DNA of 25,385 nucleotides from Chlamydiota bacterium (GTDB lineage: Bacteria > Auribacterota > JACPWU01), in assembly GCA_016196885.1 (NCBI GenBank), contig JACPWU010000015.1, forward strand, positions 1 to 25,385. Direction: 5' to 3'. Under the pieces are notes generated by a model that made no database searches, had not been told where the DNA came from, and worked only from the letters and a program-made list of their open reading frames with translations. Positions within the stretch are counted from its first letter, which is position 1; each line of letters starts with the position of its first letter. Both the position numbers and the translations under genes were made by a program. This document shows, piece by piece, positions 1 to 6,995 of this stretch.

Positions 1-137
1 ATCATTAGGATGGAACCCTTATGTCATATTCTGAACCGAAACAAATCTTGAAGAGCCCCGTGCGGGAAATCTGCATGCGGGGATCCGTGAGGGTTCTACC
101 TTCTGATCCCTACAAGGACAGGAGGTAGTTCTACTCG

Positions 138-335
138 ATGAGAACAACCTTGCTTTTAAAAGATGATCTGTTAAAAGAAGCCATGCGTGCGACGGGGGTT
201 CAGGAGAAAACAAGGCTCGTCCATCTCGGATTACAATCCTTGATTCGAGAAGCTGCAACAACAAGATTGATTCGCCTCTATGGACGAGTGAAAAGAGCCC
301 AAACTCCTGACAGAAGAAGACGGTCATGCTTCTAG
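138..335 (+). CDS. vapB: Type II antitoxin, VapB-like (small DUF2191/RHH-type)
   Basis: 65-aa ORF. The N-terminus MRTTLLLKDDLLKEAMRATG is typical of small VapB antitoxins. AGGAGG lies at 120-125. A 10-nt overlap with the downstream PIN gene is classic TA coupling. Confidence 0.8.
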   Translation: MRTTLLLKDDLLKEAMRATGVQEKTRLVHLGLQSLIREAATTRLIRLYGRVKRAQTPDRRRRSCF

Positions 336-703
336 TTGATACCAGCATCTGGATTGATTTCCTGAGAGGAAAAGAAAGCACCCAAGCCTTATCAGGCCTG
401 CTCAGTCAGAATCAAGTTGCCTGCCATTCTTGGATTGTAGGTGAACTCATGGTAGGACAGCTTGGGTCCCAAAGACGTCAGATTTTACACGACATTCATC
501 TTCTTCCTAAATTAGAAGAATATTCTTTGATGGAACTGTCAGACTTTGTTGAAAGAGAATCTCTTTATGCCAAAGGCCTTTCTTTCATTGATATCCAACT
601 CCTCTACGCCTGCCTTGTCGAAGACCATCTCTTGTGGACAAACGACCAAAAACTCAAGCTGACCTCGCATCACTATAAAATAGCATTCATTCTGTCAGCT
701 TAA
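326..703 (+). CDS. vapC: PIN-domain ribonuclease toxin VapC
   Basis: 125 aa. The N-terminus MLLVDTSIWIDFLRG carries the first conserved PIN aspartate. Size and the overlap with the upstream antitoxin are typical of vapBC. The stop TAA (701-703) lies inside the terminal inverted repeat of the adjacent hairpin element. Confidence 0.9.
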   Translation: MLLVDTSIWIDFLRGKESTQALSGLLSQNQVACHSWIVGELMVGQLGSQRRQILHDIHLLPKLEEYSLMELSDFVERESLYAKGLSFIDIQLLYACLVEDHLLWTNDQKLKLTSHHYKIAFILSA

Positions 704-885
704 CCCGCATTTCTCATCAGATTTCGTCGCGAGGAACGCCTGAGTCCGCTTTGGATGCGAGGAAGACGCTCCGCGCCATGCGAGGCATACTTTACAGTAT
801 GTTGAGCGTGGCCGACCGAGTCTGCACGGAGAGACGAGGCGGAATCGGCGTTCGCAGCAGAAATGTGATGAGAAATGCGGGTTAA
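700..885. repeat. Long-hairpin (MITE-like) repeat element, copy 1
   Basis: A 20-bp perfect terminal inverted repeat: ttaacccgcatttctcatca at 700-719 and its reverse complement at 866-885. The arms pair imperfectly down to the apex catact-ttac-agtatg at 786-801. A roughly 70-nt core is near-identical to 14325-14395. The element fills the whole gap between the convergent stops of vapC (701-703) and the DUF2079 gene (886-888). Confidence 0.85.
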
Positions 886-2310
886 TTAAGATAAAAGAGA
901 TTCCAGAGTTTCCCGATTCCCCTGTTCGGTAGACCCTCTTTCCAAAATCAAGCAGCCGTGATCCTGGTATAGAATGTGATATTTTCCCCCTTCTGACATT
1001 TTTTTTAATTGTTCGTGATACTTTTTGATGTCTTTCTCACGGATAAAAATATAATCTGCCTGGTAGTGGCTCAGTTCCTCTACTTCCCAACACATGAGGT
1101 CCGCACGATTGGCGCAAAATCCGGCCAGCTCGCTGGGGCAAAGCAAAATCCCCTTTTTAGGAATATGCTGCGCCGCCTCTAAAATCCCTTCCCCCTCCGG
1201 GTGGGCAACGCGGTAGACACGATCATCGTATCTTCCCCACCGCAAAAAACCTCGATCCAGATGCCAGCCCAAAGTAACAGCAAAGAGAAAAAGGGCGTAT
1301 TCGAAAAAATAACCCCGTTGAGCCGTCTTTCCGCGCCTCACCCACTGAACCATTGCCTCTAGCAAAGCAACGGCAGAACAAGAAATCAAAGCCACGGGAT
1401 AATGTTTTTCCACCCTGTAAACCTCAGGGATTTTGGAACTCACCAATTGCATCAAGGCCGCGGACGGAATGATTAAAAGGGGGAGAGAGCCCCTTCTCCA
1501 GAAAAAGGGAAGGATGCTCGCAAAATACCAAAGAAGTGGCTTGGCGCGAATCCACAAATATTCAGGCTTAAAAAATTGATACTCCACCAAATCACGCACC
1601 GGTCCCCGCCTGGTAAAAAAATTAATCCCTCCCAGCCATTCGAACAAAAAATGAATCGCAAAAAAACTATAGCCAATGGCCAAGGCGGCAAAAAAATATC
1701 CCCCCTTCCACCGGTCCTTCACGGCAAAATAAAAAAGAAGCGGGGCTACCATCAGCCCTGAGTCTTCTCGAACAAGAAGGAGCAAAGTGAAAGGAAGCCA
1801 TGTCCATTTTTTTCGCAAAAGGAGGGTGTCATAAAGCCAAGGAACGAGAAAAAAATAAAGCCCAACACCATGAAACTCGCATAAAATAACGGCTTGCGTG
1901 AAGGGATTGGCCACGTAAAAAAGGATCAACGCGGCGGCCGTCTCTATTCGGATTTTTTCTCGAAGCGCTGTCTTAAAAAGCATGAGCGCACCCAGAAAGA
2001 GAAAAAACCACTGAAGGGCGACCAACAAAAAAGGGTGATCCCAAACCCAAAACAAAGGGCCGAAGAAAAGGAGGATGAACGACAAATGCGTGGAAAGATA
2101 GGTGTAATCTAAAAGATATTTAAACGGGGCCCCATGAGCGCAATTCCAAACCATGTTCGTGTATTTGCCATAATCCGAAAGAACAAATTTTCTCCAGGTG
2201 AATGCGGCATAGTCCCCATGAAGTAAAAGGACGAGAACAATCAGGCTCGCAAGAAGAAAAAAAATGGCTAAAACTTTTCGGAATCCTTCAAACAATCTTG
2301 ACCCTTGCAT
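886..2310 (-). CDS. DUF2079-family polytopic membrane protein (GT-C-like, function unknown)
   Basis: 474 aa with many TM segments. The N-terminal pattern SDYGKYTNMVWNCAHGAPF ... STHLSFILLFFGPLFW matches my recollection of the DUF2079 signature. A soluble C-terminal tail is present. Confidence 0.65.
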   Translation of the reverse strand: MQGSRLFEGFRKVLAIFFLLASLIVLVLLLHGDYAAFTWRKFVLSDYGKYTNMVWNCAHGAPFKYLLDYTYLSTHLSFILLFFGPLFWVWDHPFLLVALQWFFLFLGALMLFKTALREKIRIETAAALILFYVANPFTQAVILCEFHGVGLYFFLVPWLYDTLLLRKKWTWLPFTLLLLVREDSGLMVAPLLFYFAVKDRWKGGYFFAALAIGYSFFAIHFLFEWLGGINFFTRRGPVRDLVEYQFFKPEYLWIRAKPLLWYFASILPFFWRRGSLPLLIIPSAALMQLVSSKIPEVYRVEKHYPVALISCSAVALLEAMVQWVRRGKTAQRGYFFEYALFLFAVTLGWHLDRGFLRWGRYDDRVYRVAHPEGEGILEAAQHIPKKGILLCPSELAGFCANRADLMCWEVEELSHYQADYIFIREKDIKKYHEQLKKMSEGGKYHILYQDHGCLILERGSTEQGNRETLESLLS

Positions 2311-2461
2311 CCTTTACCCCTGTTGAATTTTTGAATATTCTCGGAAAGAAAGAGGGGGGTGTCAAGTTCAATACTTCAAAGATTCCTATAGAGAGTTTCT
2401 ATCCATGGAAACGAGCTAATTTTTCTTTACACCCTCCCATGTAAAATGATAGAAAAATTTT

Positions 2462-3442
2462 ATGATTCGGTTCTGGTCCTTGAATCCTCTCAAAAAAGAA
2501 TTGATTAAATCCATGTACGGGCACGGAGGCCTTTTAATCGCGATTTTGCTCTTCAGTCTTTTTCAACCTCACATGCCTTTTCGTCATGAAAAATATTTTA
2601 CGGTTAACCTAAGAAGTCTGGGCGGTTCCCCAGGACCCCTCACCGCCCCGGGCCCCAAATCTTCAGTTTTAAATTCTCCGACAGCACCTACGATTACAAA
2701 AACCGCCCCCATCACTCCCCCTACCAAACCTCAAACGCAAAAAGTACTCACGCCTGCCGCCCCTACAAAACCCCCAACAAAACCTGTGGTCCAACAACCT
2801 ACACCTCCAAAAGTCCAAACGCTTAAACCGCAAGCCAAAACTTTGACAAAGCCCGTCCCAAAAACAGAATCTAAGACCCCTAGCCTTTCAGAAAGACTTA
2901 AAAAAAGATTAGAGGAAGTAAAATCTCCTGAGGTCGCGTCTAGATTCAAAGAACCCTCTTCTGTGATGAAGAACTCAAGTCTGACAGCCGGAAAAATAGA
3001 CGCCTCCGCCAAAAATTATCATTTCGTGGAACCCGAGGCATGGTCTGAAGCTCAAAGGACTCGCGGCGGATCCCAAACCCAAATTTCTGCAGGAGGAGGT
3101 GGCGGATCCGGTGGCAAGGGAGTGGGCGGCGGGGGTTCTCCTGATGGAAAGGAATTTCCCTACAGTTGGTATTTAGACTTAATCCAAAATAAAATTACGA
3201 TGAACTGGAAAGAACCCGCGAAATCGCTTGCCCCCAACAATGATCTTTCGGCCATTGTCTCTTTTGAAATTACAAGCAAGGGGCAGGTGGAAAAAATTAA
3301 ATGGGCCGAGCGATCGGGTTTTTCTGCTTTGGATGATTCTGTCTTGGAAGCCGTCGAAGCCTCTATTCCGCTTCCGCCCTTGCCAGAAAACTATCCGGAT
3401 CGTAAACTAGGCGTCAAAATTAAATTTGAGCTTACACAATGA
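2462..3442 (+). CDS. tolA: TolA/TonB-family energy-transducer protein
   Basis: N-terminal TM anchor, a long Pro/Lys/Thr-rich spacer (PTKPPTKPVVQQPTPPKVQ), a Gly run, and a C-terminal TolA/TonB_C-like domain (YSWYLDLIQNKITMNWKEP ... VSFEITSKGQVEKIKWAERSGFSALDDSVLEAVEASIPLPPLP). The stop overlaps the tolB ATG (ATGA at 3439-3442). Confidence 0.75.
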   Translation: MIRFWSLNPLKKELIKSMYGHGGLLIAILLFSLFQPHMPFRHEKYFTVNLRSLGGSPGPLTAPGPKSSVLNSPTAPTITKTAPITPPTKPQTQKVLTPAAPTKPPTKPVVQQPTPPKVQTLKPQAKTLTKPVPKTESKTPSLSERLKKRLEEVKSPEVASRFKEPSSVMKNSSLTAGKIDASAKNYHFVEPEAWSEAQRTRGGSQTQISAGGGGGSGGKGVGGGGSPDGKEFPYSWYLDLIQNKITMNWKEPAKSLAPNNDLSAIVSFEITSKGQVEKIKWAERSGFSALDDSVLEAVEASIPLPPLPENYPDRKLGVKIKFELTQ

Positions 3443-4761
3443 GAAAAAACAGTCGTGAGTGGTGGGTGGTGAGTGGTGAGTTTTTTGTCGTCTGTATTTT
3501 GACTTTATTCTTTTTCACGAGTCTTAACGCTACAGAAGTAGAGCTTCAGATTTCTAAACAAGTGGGGCGTAAAATGGATTTGGCGCTTGCGTCCCCTCAA
3601 AATGTTACAAACTCTTCCAATGCGCTTCCCAAAATTTTTGAAGAAACGCTCAGTTTTGATCTAGGACAAAGCGGCTATTTTCAATTGATCAAAAATGCCA
3701 GTAACATCGAACGCATTGCCCGCGTAGAATCACCGGACTCTCTGGCCCAAGGACCCGACTGGAAAGCCCTCGGTGCAGACCTCGTTGTGAAATCGGCCTG
3801 TCAATGGAATGGAGAAACGGGGACACTTGATCTTTATGCCTTTGACGTTTCCACACAAAGAAGGGTTTTCGGAAAAAGGTATGCGCTCAACGAACCTAAT
3901 TTAAGAACGGCCGCCCACAATGGCGCCAATGATCTTATTTATCGCCTCACGGGAGAGAAAGGCATTGCAGGAACCAAAATCGCTTATGTCGCAGGCGGTC
4001 CCACCTACAAAGAAGTTTTTATCTGTGATGCCGATGGAAAAAATGTCCGGCAGCTCACACAAGACCACACCATTATTCTAGGTGTCAGTTGGCAACCCAA
4101 TGGAAACAAAATTTTGTACACTTCTTATAAAGAGGGACAACCTCGGATTTACCTGCATGATCTTTCAACGGGTCAACGTCAAAGATTCGCGTCTTATCCA
4201 GGGCTCAATGCCGCAGCCAAATTTTCTCCGGACGGCTCGCGTGTTGCGCTTGTTCTATCTAAAGATGGAAATCCTGAAATTTATATCAGTGATCTTCAAG
4301 GCCGTAATTTAAAAAGACTGACGAATCACCCAGGTGTGGATAGCTCACCCGTTTGGTCACCCGATGGACAAAAAATTGCCTTTGTCTCGGACCGCAGCGG
4401 GCATCCTCATATTTACATGATTTATCTTGCAAATGGTCTTCTGACACGGCTCACCCGTCAAGGAAGTTATAATTCGTCTCCGTCTTGGTCTCCCAAAGGG
4501 GACAAAATTGCTTTTAGTTCTGACATGAACGGCAGTTTTAAAATTTGTGTCTTGGATTTAAATGACGAAACGATTACTATTGTCAGCCAGGAAGGAGGTG
4601 AAGCAGAAGAACCTGATTGGGCACCTGATAATCGGCATATTGTGTACAGCTCAAAATTAGGCGGGGTCTATCAACTTTTTATTGTAGACACAGGGGACGG
4701 TCAAACGGTACGCTTGACTGCAGAAAAGAATCATTATTTAACACCGGCTTGGTCATTGTGA
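3439..4761 (+). CDS. tolB: Tol-Pal system beta-propeller protein TolB
   Basis: 440 aa. A signal peptide ends ...TSLNA. Repeated propeller blades carry the motif SP.WSPDG.KIAF.S (for example SPVWSPDGQKIAFVSDRSG and SPSWSPKGDKIAFSSDMNG). The N-terminal residues SREWWVVSGE are encoded by a heptamer word run (3452-3479), so the start could instead be GTG 3466/3469. Confidence 0.93.
   Translation: MRKNSREWWVVSGEFFVVCILTLFFFTSLNATEVELQISKQVGRKMDLALASPQNVTNSSNALPKIFEETLSFDLGQSGYFQLIKNASNIERIARVESPDSLAQGPDWKALGADLVVKSACQWNGETGTLDLYAFDVSTQRRVFGKRYALNEPNLRTAAHNGANDLIYRLTGEKGIAGTKIAYVAGGPTYKEVFICDADGKNVRQLTQDHTIILGVSWQPNGNKILYTSYKEGQPRIYLHDLSTGQRQRFASYPGLNAAAKFSPDGSRVALVLSKDGNPEIYISDLQGRNLKRLTNHPGVDSSPVWSPDGQKIAFVSDRSGHPHIYMIYLANGLLTRLTRQGSYNSSPSWSPKGDKIAFSSDMNGSFKICVLDLNDETITIVSQEGGEAEEPDWAPDNRHIVYSSKLGGVYQLFIVDTGDGQTVRLTAEKNHYLTPAWSL
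3452..3479. repeat. Tandem heptamer words (gtcgtga gtggtgg gtggtga gtggtga)
   Basis: Four head-to-tail 7-nt units. The 15-mer cagtcgtgagtggtg (3450-3464) is identical to 11082-11096 in the dcd/nrdD-like spacer. This copy lies within the predicted 5-prime end of tolB. Confidence 0.8.
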
Positions 4762-4775
4762 AAGGGGGAGAATAA

Positions 4776-5321
4776 ATGCGTAAAGTTTTTTTGGGAATGT
4801 TGATGGGAATGGCTGTTTTTTCTTTATGTTTAAACATGCAGGGCTGCGCTAAGAAAAAGAAGGGCGTGATGTCTGATCAACTGGGCATGTCAGGAGAAGA
4901 CATGCAAATGGCAGCTCTCAAAGGGGAAGACATCCCCTTAACGGAACAACCCGATCTAGGCTCCTTTGTAGAACCGAACGACTCTTCGGTTTTCGCGGAT
5001 GTTCGTTTTGATTATGATCAATCGCAAATCCGTGATGATGCGCGACCCATTTTAGAGGGGATTGCAAAATGGCTTGAAGAACATTCTGGCATTCAGCTGA
5101 TGATTGAAGGGCATTGTGATGAGCGTGGCTCCAACGAATATAACTTGGCTTTGGGTGAGCAAAGGGGCCTGGCGATTCGTCGCTACCTGACAGGTTTAGG
5201 ATTGGATGCCGAACGCCTTCACACCGTAAGTTATGGCGAGGAAAAGCCTTTGGACCCCAGTCACAATGAAGATGCTTGGAGTCAGAACCGACGCGGGCAT
5301 TTTTTAATTTCAGCGCAGTAG
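4776..5321 (+). CDS. pal: Peptidoglycan-associated lipoprotein Pal (OmpA-like C-terminal domain)
   Basis: Lipoprotein signal with lipobox LNMQGC. The OmpA_C core reads VRFDYDQSQIR ... IEGHCDERGSNEYNLALGEQRGLAIRRYL ... VSYGEEKPL ... NRRGHF. GGGGGAG RBS upstream. Positioned directly after tolB. Confidence 0.95.
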   Translation: MRKVFLGMLMGMAVFSLCLNMQGCAKKKKGVMSDQLGMSGEDMQMAALKGEDIPLTEQPDLGSFVEPNDSSVFADVRFDYDQSQIRDDARPILEGIAKWLEEHSGIQLMIEGHCDERGSNEYNLALGEQRGLAIRRYLTGLGLDAERLHTVSYGEEKPLDPSHNEDAWSQNRRGHFLISAQ

Positions 5322-5330
5322 AAAAACAGA

Positions 5331-5386
5331 CGCTCGTATCTCGTCGCTCGTCGTCCGTCATTCGTATCTCGTTTTGACGGACGACG
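5331..5386. repeat. Heptamer word run (6 x nnntcgt-type units) forming a 12-bp stem hairpin
   Basis: The units cgctcgt atctcgt cgctcgt cgtccgt cattcgt atctcgt occupy 5331-5372. The sequence cgtcgtccgtca (5349-5360) pairs perfectly with tgacggacgacg (5375-5386). Located in the pal/LysM-gene spacer. Confidence 0.8.
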
Positions 5387-5420
5387 CATGGTGATTTTTC
5401 CCCCTTCAGCAGGTAAGCAG

Positions 5421-6065
5421 ATGAAATATTTTTTTCTAGCTTTTTTAATCCTCTTCCAATCCGGTTGCGCCATCAATGATATTGCGACCAAAGAGGATGT
5501 CACCGAAGTTCAGGGCCACCTTCAAGCCAGACAGACTGATTTGAGTGAGGAAATGGTAGGGCTCAAAAGAAAAACGGCCCAGCTTGAAAGCGATCTGGAA
5601 GAAATATCCAGAGGGTCCAAGACACTTGAGCAAAAGCTTTTCTCACAGCAAGAGGCTTATGCAAGCGAGCTAAAATCTCTCGAACAAAAAAATGCAACGC
5701 TACAACAAAAAATTTCCGAATTGCAGGGAAATTTTTCGAAAGTAGACACTCAGTTCCAAGCTCGGGCAAAAGAAGCCCAAACACAAAGGGCGTCTGATTT
5801 AGCAAAAATGGATGAAAAGCTAAAAATTATTTTGGAGGAAATCTCCAAAGAAAATGAAAGTCTGCACAACGAGATTCGTTCTATGAAAAAAACGCCCATA
5901 CCCTCTCTTCAGGAAGGTGATACCCATACAGTTCAACCTGGAGAAAGTCTCTCTAAAATTGCGGCTTCTTATGGTGTTTCGAGCCAAGCCCTTGCACAAG
6001 CAAACGGAATTACCAACGTTCATTCTGTTAGAGTGGGACAAAAACTGAAAATACCGAAAAGATAA
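5421..6065 (+). CDS. Coiled-coil lipoprotein with C-terminal LysM peptidoglycan-binding domain
   Basis: [16 protein letters not shown] lipobox signal, taking the start at ATG 5421. The ORF is open from 5388, but that ATG abuts the hairpin. About 150 aa are heptad-rich coiled coil ([19 protein letters not shown] ...). The C-terminal LysM reads [44 protein letters not shown]. It occupies the position of cpoB/ybgF in a Tol-Pal cluster. Confidence 0.8.
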   Translation: MKYFFLAFLILFQSGCAINDIATKEDVTEVQGHLQARQTDLSEEMVGLKRKTAQLESDLEEISRGSKTLEQKLFSQQEAYASELKSLEQKNATLQQKISELQGNFSKVDTQFQARAKEAQTQRASDLAKMDEKLKIILEEISKENESLHNEIRSMKKTPIPSLQEGDTHTVQPGESLSKIAASYGVSSQALAQANGITNVHSVRVGQKLKIPKR

Positions 6066-6093
6066 TCATTAACATGGTTTAAGCTTTGAAAGG

Positions 6094-6149
6094 TTGGTCA
6101 TTGGTTATTGAAAATTGATTTGTCATTTGTGCATTGGGAATTTGTCATT
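6094..6149. repeat. Direct run of about 8 heptamer words (ttggtca ttggtta ttgaaaa ttgattt gtcattt gtgcatt gggaatt tgtcatt)
   Basis: 7-nt periodicity read by hand in the spacer upstream of ccdA. I found no obvious inverted partner. The first unit equals the cyanobacterial STRR2 word TTGGTCA. Confidence 0.6.
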
Positions 6150-6169
6150 TATTTTTATAGGAGAATATC

Positions 6170-6880
6170 ATGGACAACTTCTTAAGTCATATGAAGGACT
6201 ATTTGCAAGGCAACCCTTTAATCGCGATCATTGCTGCTTACTTCGGCGGCGTTCTCACCAGCTTCACACCCTGTGTTTATCCCATTGTCCCCATCACGGT
6301 CACTTACATCGGGGCGCGAGGAGAAGGGTCTAAAATACGAGGATTTCTCCTGTGTCTCACTCATGTGCTTGGGCTTTCAATTACTTACGCAACGCTCGGA
6401 GCTTTCGCTGCGTTAACGGGAAGATTCTTTGGGGATATTAGCACCAACCCTTGGGCCTTTTTTATCACGGGCAATATCATTCTGTTATTTTCTCTGAGCA
6501 TGCTAGGCGTTTTTAACATTCAAGCCCCCGAATTCTTGAGACGCAAAAATCCATCGCAGGGAAAAGCAAAAGGTCATTTGGGAGCCTTTGTCCTGGGACT
6601 TGTGGCAGGTCTTGTTGCAGCTCCTTGTACAGCCCCGGTACTGGGAGTCATTCTCACCTTTGTCGCTCAGAAGCATAATCTGACTTTAGGAATTTTAACA
6701 CTTTTCGCTTTTGCCTACGGAATGGGAACCTTGCTCATCTTGCTGGGAACTTTTGCTTCTTTCGCCACGGCTCTTCCCAAACCAGGCGCATGGATGGAAA
6801 GAATCAAGAAAATCTTTGGCTGGCTGATGTTGCTGGTAGGGGAATATTTTCTGATTCAATGCGGAAGGTTTATGATTTAA
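6170..6880 (+). CDS. ccdA: Cytochrome c biogenesis / thiol-disulfide transporter CcdA (DsbD transmembrane family)
   Basis: 236 aa with six or more TM helices. Contains the two conserved Cys-Pro motifs FTPCVYPIVP and AAPCTAPVL typical of CcdA/DsbD-beta. AGGAG RBS at 6160-6164. Confidence 0.9.
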   Translation: MDNFLSHMKDYLQGNPLIAIIAAYFGGVLTSFTPCVYPIVPITVTYIGARGEGSKIRGFLLCLTHVLGLSITYATLGAFAALTGRFFGDISTNPWAFFITGNIILLFSLSMLGVFNIQAPEFLRRKNPSQGKAKGHLGAFVLGLVAGLVAAPCTAPVLGVILTFVAQKHNLTLGILTLFAFAYGMGTLLILLGTFASFATALPKPGAWMERIKKIFGWLMLLVGEYFLIQCGRFMI

Positions 6881-6975
6881 TAATTGACAATTGATAATAA
6901 AGGAAAGATCGATCTATTATTTCGATAATTTTCAATTATCCATTATCAATTCTCAATTATTAAATCTCAATTAGG
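6881..6975. repeat. AT-rich heptamer word arrays forming a hairpin between convergent genes
   Basis: The left array is aattgac aattgat aataaag (6882-6902). The right array is cgataat tttcaat tatccat tatcaat tctcaat tattaaa tctcaat (6923-6971). The sequence aattgacaattgataat (6882-6898) pairs with attatcaattctcaatt (6942-6958) with one mismatch. The central palindrome is agatcgatct (6906-6915). The 14-mer ccattatcaattct (6940-6953) recurs at 21036-21049. Confidence 0.8.
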
Positions 6976-6995
6976 TTTAAGAAAACGCTATATGC

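Noticed and set aside
1-137. Possible gene or mobile-element fragment at the left edge (reads like ...LKSPVREICMRGSVRVLPSDPYKDRR in one frame)
   Set aside because: It is too short and stop-ridden in all frames to call. The vague resemblance to conserved leader-like peptides seen near mobile elements is memory only and cannot be supported here.
19-381. 120-aa ORF on the minus strand
   Set aside because: It lies antisense to the well-supported vapB/vapC pair, has no recognisable motifs, and extends into the unassignable 5-prime edge. I treat it as a shadow ORF.
2311-2461. Weak inverted repeat (tttgaatattc / aatacttcaaa) in the divergent DUF2079-tolA promoter region as an operator
   Set aside because: It is only about 10 bp with a mismatch in AT-rich DNA, and no convincing -35/-10 spacing could be assigned by eye.
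3088-3145. GGN-rich DNA run (also 6999-7070 on the other strand) as a DNA repeat element
   Set aside because: These runs encode Gly-rich linkers or tails of the TolA-like and DUF2207 proteins. This is coding low complexity, not an independent repeat.
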